A stretch of 64,000 bases of DNA from Candidatus Latescibacterota bacterium. GTDB lineage: Bacteria > Latescibacterota > UBA2968 > SICM01. Where the stretch lies: contig CBDCJO010000002.1 of the NCBI GenBank assembly GCA_965217865.1, positions 1,440,001-1,504,000 on the forward strand, read 5' to 3'. The notes under the pieces were generated by a model. It was not told where the DNA came from, searched no databases, and saw nothing but the letters and a program-made list of their open reading frames with translations. Position numbers and translations under genes: made by a program. Positions 58,269 to 64,000 of this stretch are shown piece by piece (within the stretch, counting starts at the first letter, position 1; each line of letters opens with the position of its first letter).

Positions 58269-58693
58269 CCTGACATTTTGGCCTCCATCCGCTGGCACTG
58301 CCGGACGCTCATGGTCACATCCCACTCCTGCCGGATTAACGCCGCCAGCGTCTTGCCTTTCCAGACATTTCCGTTCAACCCGAACTCCGCGGGAGTCTTC
58401 CTCAAAGCAGCATGGATCTTCGCAGTTTGCTTTTCACTCAACCGCCGTGGGCGCCCGGATCGCTTTCCCCTCACCAGCCCCGCCAGCCGCCCCTGTTCGA
58501 ACCTTTCCACCCAGTTGGCCACGGTTCGATGGGCAACACCGAGTATTCCGGCAACCTCCCTGCAGCTGTTCCCCCGGGCGACCAGGAGGATGCCGTGCAG
58601 CCGACGGTCATACCGGGACTCCGGAGACCGCCGGATCTCATCCTGTAGCGCAAGAATGACACGCTCAGAATTAGCTATCGTAAGCTTTTTCAC
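58259..58693 (-). pseudogene. IS630-family transposase N-terminal HTH fragment
   Basis: EVAGILGV..RTV.NWV.RF..G.LAGL...RSGRP..L, W.GK.L...I...W.V.MS; no DDE domain follows. Confidence 0.8.
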
Positions 58694-58847
58694 GTCAAAA
58701 CAAAGATAACAAACCTTGACCTTATATGCAATTACTTATGTCGTTTAGCAGAATAGGAATTTGATGAACACGGTTCGGTTGCCTACTTATGAAAAGCCCT
58801 CAGCATTCACATTCGGCTAATGCAAAAGTACCGTTTAGGTATCAGAG

Positions 58848-59467
58848 TTACCTTATTTTATTGCTGGATACAGATTTCGCGAGAATCATCACTCGCACAA
58901 GGGTCCGGTCTTCGGTCACCCCGGGAGTCTGGAAACCGCCGAGGACCTGGTCCACCTGGGATCACGCAACTTCTTGACCTCTCGAAAGTCAAAACGCTGG
59001 TAAATCGTATTGCACATCTGCCCCATCCACTGAAGGAGCTCATGCGAGCCCGAGGGAAAAGCCCATGATATAAGACCGCCAATGACTTCTTGCGATCGGT
59101 ACCATTCAACCAGGGCTTTCAGCAAGGCGGTACCGATCCCCTGGCCGAAAAGCTTTGCACGGTTTCGCCCGAGACAATATCCAACATGGTAGCAGCCGAG
59201 TGTCAAGAAACGGCCGTGAAGGTCGAGCGGCTCCGCGATCTGGAAGTCGGCGAACGGACGGTGACCGATCCATCCCTTCGGGTCTGAGAAACCAGGGTCG
59301 TACTCCTGAAGGTACAGCTGTCCGACACAGCGATCTCCATCGAAAGCCAACATCGATGCAATGCTCTGCTTCTCAATGAACTGTCGGACGTGCTCTGCCG
59401 ATTTCCAATGGCAGCTCTCGACGACTCCGAAATCGCTCGGTAGCATTTGGCGACATCGAATCTCCAT
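58848..59467 (-). CDS. GNAT-like acetyltransferase (cassette-like gene; possible 3' frameshift near 58953)
   Basis: LAFDGDRCVGQL, GQGIGTALL, Y.RFDF.E; ATG 20 bp after GTTATGT. The ORF-track stop is at 58916; an alternative frame ends at 58848. Confidence 0.65.
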
Positions 59468-59486
59468 GCTTACCCTCACTGTGGGC

Positions 59487-59629
59487 ACATAACTTATAAT
59501 TAAACAGCCTAAAAGAAAACCGCAAACACTGCGATCTTGGCAGTATATTTGGTGAGGCAGTCTACTGTTAGATTACTATTTTCAGTTGGTTAAATCAAGA
59601 ATCCATTTCGGGATCAGACTGCGAAGCGT
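59487..59629 (-). promoter_or_regulatory. Promoter + attI-like module, copy 1
   Basis: TTGATT (59598-59593)-17 bp-TAATCT; ends TTTAAT-TATAA-GTTATGT; diverged direct repeat of 61234-61376. Confidence 0.65.
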
Positions 59630-59643
59630 GGGGTAAACGGTCT

Positions 59644-59700
59644 CTAAGTGGCCAGGGCATGAGCACCTACGACTAGAAACTCAACCCCATGAGCGTTGAA
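59644..59700 (-). pseudogene. N-terminal remnant of a nucleotidyltransferase gene
   Basis: A second frame reads FNAHGVEFLVVGAHALA*, typical of the MNT-like partner of the small upstream gene. Confidence 0.55.
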
Positions 59701-59893
59701 TTCGGACAACAGATCTCTGAAGTCGCGGTTCACCATCGTTTGCTTCCCACATCAGACAAAGCAGAGTGAGTTCCCACACGGCATTGATCCGCTCCTCAGG
59801 TGTGGAATCCTCCCATTCCCAATCCTTGCGGACTGCCGCTCCCGGTCGAATCACACGGGTTCTAACGCTACGATCCTTTTCGGCCGATTTCAT
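59681..59893 (-). CDS. Small hypothetical protein (type usually paired with a nucleotidyltransferase)
   Basis: 70 aa; W...TPEERI.AVWEL and RLQRSVVRI motifs. Confidence 0.6.
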   Translation of the reverse strand: MKSAEKDRSVRTRVIRPGAAVRKDWEWEDSTPEERINAVWELTLLCLMWEANDGEPRLQRSVVRIQRSWG

Positions 59894-59959
59894 TGATCCT
59901 GGTATATCACCTCGTCAGGCTGAGCTCTGGAGAATACGACGCCTACAGTATGCCTTCAG

Positions 59960-60056
59960 AATAAACTCCGAATGTTCGTTGCGGACGCCTGGCGCTGGCC
60001 GTGCTGGACCAAGGGCCGTGACAGACGATCCGTTCTGCCCGGGGTGTTTGTTAGAT
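59960..60056 (-). repeat. Degenerate attC of the PIN cassette
   Basis: R'' ATCTAAC contains the stop codon of 60051-60227 and complements the cassette start GTTAGATT; internal GTCACGGCCCTTG..GCACGGCC.GCGCCAG resembles long attC cores; right arm eroded. Confidence 0.55.
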
Positions 60057-60227
60057 TTGCTCGGGCGAAGCAGGGGTAACTCTACCTGCCCGCTTCCTCA
60101 GTCTGTCGCTGTGAACCTGCTGCCGCCGAAGGTAGTATGCCACGAGCTTCTGTGGATCGTGTTCCTGCTCTTGCGATATGATGTGCCGGGCTGAGCGTAC
60201 CCGTTTGATGACAATATCATCCTTCAT
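60051..60227 (-). CDS. Small putative antitoxin downstream of the PIN gene
   Basis: D.VI.RVR.ARH.IS.E..HDP.KLV.YY...Q; overlaps the PIN stop. Confidence 0.65.
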   Translation of the reverse strand: MKDDIVIKRVRSARHIISQEQEHDPQKLVAYYLRRQQVHSDRLRKRAGRVTPASPEQI

Positions 60228-60663
60228 CTTCAGTCTCCCCAAGCAATTCGAGTGGTGTTACCAGCGTTGGAACATAAACTCGCTGAATATGACTGTATTT
60301 ATTGCCATTGGCCAGATGGTTGCAGTTCCAGGTAAGAAGGAAGTCACACTTGTGATAGGATGCCAAAGCAAGGTGTAAGGCATCCCCTACAGGATCTCGC
60401 TGCATCACACGATGTTGAATGTAGGCCTCGACGATCTCAGCAATCTCCTGTTCGATCGGCAGCAAGGGGAGGGCCTCGACCAGCGAAATAGCGTCCATTT
60501 TGTTCGGATATTCCCCTCGGCTTAGTTCGTCCAGAACGGCCTCGCTCGTGACTACATCGTAAACGGATCGATGGCTGTCCCACCAGTCGCGCGTCCACTG
60601 ACGGCGAGCGACCATATCGGGCTCCTTACGTGTTTCGATGTACACAAGAGGTATTGTTGCCAT
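60217..60663 (-). CDS. PIN-domain (VapC-like) toxin, apparently with two in-frame deletions
   Basis: VYIET, TSEAVLDEL, DALHLALA, LLTWNC.HLAN, VTPLEL motifs. Confidence 0.8.
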   Translation of the reverse strand: MATIPLVYIETRKEPDMVARRQWTRDWWDSHRSVYDVVTSEAVLDELSRGEYPNKMDAISLVEALPLLPIEQEIAEIVEAYIQHRVMQRDPVGDALHLALASYHKCDFLLTWNCNHLANGNKYSHIQRVYVPTLVTPLELLGETEDEG

Positions 60664-60714
60664 GACTTCCTGATCCCTCAATCCTCGTGCGTGTTGGGCG
60701 CCCTTCTGATGTCA

Positions 60715-60843
60715 ATCTAACGTATCGACATTAAGTTGCCGGCCTTACGACGGTGCCGGCATCGATAGTATTATATGATTACCATTTCGTCTCGATCACG
60801 TAGCGCGGGACCGTGGCCGGACAACTTCAATGTCCGGTTAGGC
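60715..60843 (-). repeat. Integron attC recombination site (129 bp)
   Basis: R'' GCCTAAC (containing the VOC stop TAA); arm GACATT-g-AAGTTG-t-CCGGCC pairs with GGCCGGCAACTTAATGTC leaving two extrahelical bases; R' GTTAGAT. Confidence 0.85.
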
Positions 60844-61206
60844 GTCCCGACTTTGGACAAAACGGAATTCGTGGCCATCTGGCCCCGACGCATCGAAGAA
60901 ACGTTCGGACGCTGAGGAATGAATCGTGCCAACGAGGACGGCCTTTGACTTCAGATAGTCATGCATCGTGTCCAGATCGTCGGATTGAAAGATGAGCTTT
61001 GGCTGTCCACCTGTTCCGGTTCCGACTGGATGGTGCAGGGCGATCTGAACATTACCCGCGTCGAACACGATCCAGCCTTCGTCGCGTTGGTCATCCAGCA
61101 CCGGAAACTCGAGCACTTGCTCGTAAAATGCCGCGAGCTCCTTCAGATCAGCCGGATGCAACATGACGGTCTGTGTGGATGTGATGGGCAGTTTCGTCTT
61201 AATCAT
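60838..61206 (-). CDS. VOC/glyoxalase family protein on an integron cassette (60721-61239)
   Basis: L..FYEQVL.F, IALH, F.SDDLD, GPDG; RBS GGAGG; cassette begins G/TTAGGCGTC and ends GACGCCTAAC. Confidence 0.87.
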   Translation of the reverse strand: MIKTKLPITSTQTVMLHPADLKELAAFYEQVLEFPVLDDQRDEGWIVFDAGNVQIALHHPVGTGTGGQPKLIFQSDDLDTMHDYLKSKAVLVGTIHSSASERFFDASGPDGHEFRFVQSRDA

Positions 61207-61233
61207 GGCTTTGCCTCCAGATACCAGGCTGAC

Positions 61234-61376
61234 GCCTAACTCAAAGTTAGACAGCCTAAAAAGAAACCGCAAACACTGCAATCTCGGGGGGATTATTTGT
61301 CGAGGCAGTTTACTGTTAATTTACTTTTTTCAGTTGGTTAAATCAAGAATCCATTCGGGATTAGGCTGCGAAGCGT
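61234..61376 (-). promoter_or_regulatory. Promoter + attI-like module, copy 2
   Basis: TTGATT (61346-61341)-17 bp-TAAATT; ends GTCTAAC-TTTGA-GTTAGGC (simple site); no long attC-type stem upstream. Confidence 0.7.
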
Positions 61377-61479
61377 AAAAGGCAATACTCCCCCTCAGCG
61401 CATATGAGACTGATGTCAGGATTGCCTAAAGGATCGCACGGAGTGTGCCAGGGTGATCCCTCCGCGCCGATCGCACGGC

Positions 61480-63231
61480 TCACCCGTCGGTGGACCGGCA
61501 GTCCTCGTGTTGGACCATGATGCCTTCCAGCGAGATGAGCGGAACCACGCGGAACAGTCCCTCCGCGAATCGTTTCAACTCAGGCAGGTCTTCCTTATGA
61601 CCCAGCACTCTGTGCATGGCCCACTCGGCCAGACGCATCGGCCGGGCATTGCAGTCCCAGAAGCCCAGACCGTCAACGCCGGCGTCGTAGCAGGCCAACG
61701 CACGCACGCGCAAGGAATCCGGGGACTGGCGACGGGGATACAGGTCTGCGTAGACTTTTGCCTCCGTGCCCTTGGCCAGGTCCACGTAGGGCCTGATCAG
61801 CGGCGGGCGATCGCTGGCGTCGGGGGCCCCGACTCCCTCCATGTGTACGACCAGGTGGTCTAGGAGGCCCTCCTGCACCCAAGTCTCGATGTCCATTCCC
61901 AGAGATCGCGGCGTCGTGAAAGGCCCCAGGTCCGGACAACCCTTGGCCTTGTAGCTGTCATCGCCGGGAACCACGTAACACGTACCCAGCCGCCGTCCCC
62001 GCTTTTCGCCGACTTCATCGAGCATCCGCCGCGTCTCACGAAGCGTCTCGGTCAGGTAGTGCGCCCGGTGGGCCAGAACGCGTTCGTCGAACCGGTCCAG
62101 GGCCTTCATGTCCAGGCCGTATTTGTCCTTGAAGGACCGGACTACGGGCTCCTCGTAGAACACGTAGGGGAACGAACGAACGAAGATGATGCACACACCG
62201 TCGGCCTCGTAGTCGTCCACCCACTCTCGGAAAAGCTCTACGTATTTCGCTCTGACCTCGGGGAAGGCGTGACTCAAGTGCAGGGTGTCGTAACCCTCCA
62301 CGGTCCTGCAAAGCCATTCGGGATGGCGGAAATGAAAGTCGCCGGGTCCGCCATAGCCGAGATGGGAGGGTGGCGGTCGAACCCCGGTCATACGAACCTG
62401 CGGATAGATTTCCATCCCGATCCCGTGGGCGGCCTGTACGGCGGAGCGCAGCGGGTCAAACCCGTGGCGGCGCCGGCGGTCCCGGCCCTCCAGCGCGTGC
62501 CGTGTGTTGACGAGCCCGGGTGTCCATTCCTCCTCGGAGACGACCCGCGACGGGTAGAGGGCCGCCAGGGCGCGCGCGCAGCCCCACAAGATGATCTTAA
62601 AGTCGCTCTCCGCCAGACTCAGGAATTCGTCGACCATCTCCTGCTGCGTGGCGTAGCCCCACATGAAGTGCTGGCCGCCGTCGTAGTTGGCGATGAGCCG
62701 TCGGGTGTCGTCTCGCGGCCGCAGGGTGTGATAGAGGTTTCGCTCGGGATCGGACATGGGCACGAGGCGGATGTAGGAGATGTTGGCGATCGATTCGCCC
62801 ATCATTGCCACCGAAGCCCGGTGGAAGATGATGTCCTGGCCGGTCAGGTCCGCGGACTTCCAGTAGGTCTCCGCCAGATCCGTATCAGACGCGACCATCT
62901 CGGGGGGAACCAGGTCTTTGCCCGGCCTGAATGTCGGCCGCGCCATCCGTGTATATCCCGCGTCCCCGCTGAGCTTCAACAGCAGACAGTGCTGGTCGGT
63001 GAGCCAGGCATGAGTTCCCACATAGATGTGAAACCAACCCGCGACGTCGGGTTTCAAGCGAATCGGCGGCACGTTGGAGCCTGGACCGGAGAAGAGCATG
63101 GAGCCGTCGCCCGATTCGACCGTGTAGTCCGCCGCTGTCCATTTGCCCGGCTCGAACTTGCGTGAGATCGCGGCTGCAGGCTCACAGGCCGTCATGTCCA
63201 ACAGGTATATGGATTCATTCTCTCTGTCCAC
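61480..63231 (-). CDS. GHL10-like protein, paralog 3
   Basis: 583 aa, closest to 42168-43910; GTG start with RBS AGGAGG. Confidence 0.75.
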   Translation of the reverse strand: MDRENESIYLLDMTACEPAAAISRKFEPGKWTAADYTVESGDGSMLFSGPGSNVPPIRLKPDVAGWFHIYVGTHAWLTDQHCLLLKLSGDAGYTRMARPTFRPGKDLVPPEMVASDTDLAETYWKSADLTGQDIIFHRASVAMMGESIANISYIRLVPMSDPERNLYHTLRPRDDTRRLIANYDGGQHFMWGYATQQEMVDEFLSLAESDFKIILWGCARALAALYPSRVVSEEEWTPGLVNTRHALEGRDRRRRHGFDPLRSAVQAAHGIGMEIYPQVRMTGVRPPPSHLGYGGPGDFHFRHPEWLCRTVEGYDTLHLSHAFPEVRAKYVELFREWVDDYEADGVCIIFVRSFPYVFYEEPVVRSFKDKYGLDMKALDRFDERVLAHRAHYLTETLRETRRMLDEVGEKRGRRLGTCYVVPGDDSYKAKGCPDLGPFTTPRSLGMDIETWVQEGLLDHLVVHMEGVGAPDASDRPPLIRPYVDLAKGTEAKVYADLYPRRQSPDSLRVRALACYDAGVDGLGFWDCNARPMRLAEWAMHRVLGHKEDLPELKRFAEGLFRVVPLISLEGIMVQHEDCRSTDG

Positions 63232-63298
63232 GAATGTTCACCTCCTGAAAAGTGGTTTGTAGGAACAATGCCTCGATCGCGATCTTCTTTGGGATCAG

Positions 63299-64000
63299 TC
63301 AATTCCTGAATTGAAACGCATAGAGTTTGCAGTCTCGCATCACAAATCGGATTCTGACAGGCCTTCCAGCCAGCCCGCTCACGTCACGGCTCCCGCCCCA
63401 CGAGACGGGCATGCGCAAGGCGTTGCCGTTCAGCCGGTCGGCCTGGGGTGCACCGAATCCTTCGACGGGTTTCCCGTTTGTGTCGAGCAGTTCGACCAGG
63501 ATCGACCCGCCGACGGAGGTGTCGAGGTTTAGTTCCAGGAATCCGCCGTCGAATGTGAAGGGGGGGGTCACCAGCTCACCACCGTCGGAGGACGCGTCGG
63601 CCGAGACAAACCCGTCGAGGCGCATAACGGCGCGGCTGATGGCGGCGAGACGCCGGCCTCCAGGGGCGGACGGATCGATGATGCTGTTGTGATCCTGATT
63701 CATCCCCACGTAGTAGATCCAGATTTCGTCGCCCATCCGGACGGGGTTCGGCATCGCCCAGATCATCTTCGAGTCAAACCGGCCGGCCGGACCGAGACGC
63801 ATGAACGGCGCCCGATCGCCAACGTGTTGAAATGTCCTGTTGTCACGACTCACCAACAGGCGCACGTCGAACGTGGCGGGGCCGATCTCCCCGCTGTCCG
63901 TTATTTTGACATCGGGATTTTCATTACCCCGGGATTGGCTCGGTTCCGGCTTGGCGTTGATCCGTTCGAAGTGCCAGTAGGACTGGGCAAGCATGATCAC
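63299..64000 (-). CDS. Partial (3' part) beta-propeller glycoside-hydrolase-like protein
   Basis: SRD...F, G.FD, DEIWIYY.G, MRLDGFVS, GELVT.P, LYAFQF; continues past the window edge. Confidence 0.7.
   Translation of the reverse strand: MIMLAQSYWHFERINAKPEPSQSRGNENPDVKITDSGEIGPATFDVRLLVSRDNRTFQHVGDRAPFMRLGPAGRFDSKMIWAMPNPVRMGDEIWIYYVGMNQDHNSIIDPSAPGGRRLAAISRAVMRLDGFVSADASSDGGELVTPPFTFDGGFLELNLDTSVGGSILVELLDTNGKPVEGFGAPQADRLNGNALRMPVSWGGSRDVSGLAGRPVRIRFVMRDCKLYAFQFRN

Larger units (their letters stand above)
58028..58743 (-). mobile_element. Deleted IS630-like element bounded by a 17-bp inverted repeat
   Basis: CGACATAAGTAATTGCA at 58028-58044 and its reverse complement at 58727-58743; encloses an HTH-only transposase fragment. 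Confidence 0.65.

Noticed and set aside
1-64000. CRISPR array, rRNA, tRNA, reverse transcriptase/DGR, integron integrase
   Set aside because: No regularly spaced repeat-spacer array, cloverleaf, YADD-type RT or tyrosine-recombinase RHRY motif was seen in the sequence or the ORF track.

Overview
A 64-kb bacterial window of moderately high GC in which almost all real genes lie on the minus strand. There are no rRNA, tRNA or CRISPR features. It has three parts. (1) About 5.8-36 kb is a patchwork of small accessory genes (VOC, GNAT, SAM methyltransferases, NUDIX, ankyrin, pentapeptide, toxin-antitoxin loci), many frameshifted, with eroded attC-like remnants, an intact IS1182/IS5-like element inserted into higA and a partial second copy of it. 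(2) About 37-56 kb and 61.5-64 kb hold intact carbohydrate-catabolic genes without obvious signal peptides (GH127, GH106, GH29, a sulfatase-like protein, four GHL10-like TIM-barrel proteins; a fifth lies at 2.4-4.2 kb). (3) About 58.8-61.4 kb is an integrase-less integron-like region: two diverged ~139-bp promoter+attI-like modules, each ending in a GTT core site and followed by a gene; the second heads two cassettes with textbook R'/R'' complementarity and one well-formed attC. Other highlights are a structured leader RNA candidate upstream of an ankyrin gene, an HTH_17-ClpN gene with 10-bp direct repeats over its promoter, and a two-gene islet bounded by a perfect 35-bp direct repeat. All family assignments come from motif recognition by eye; no database search was run.
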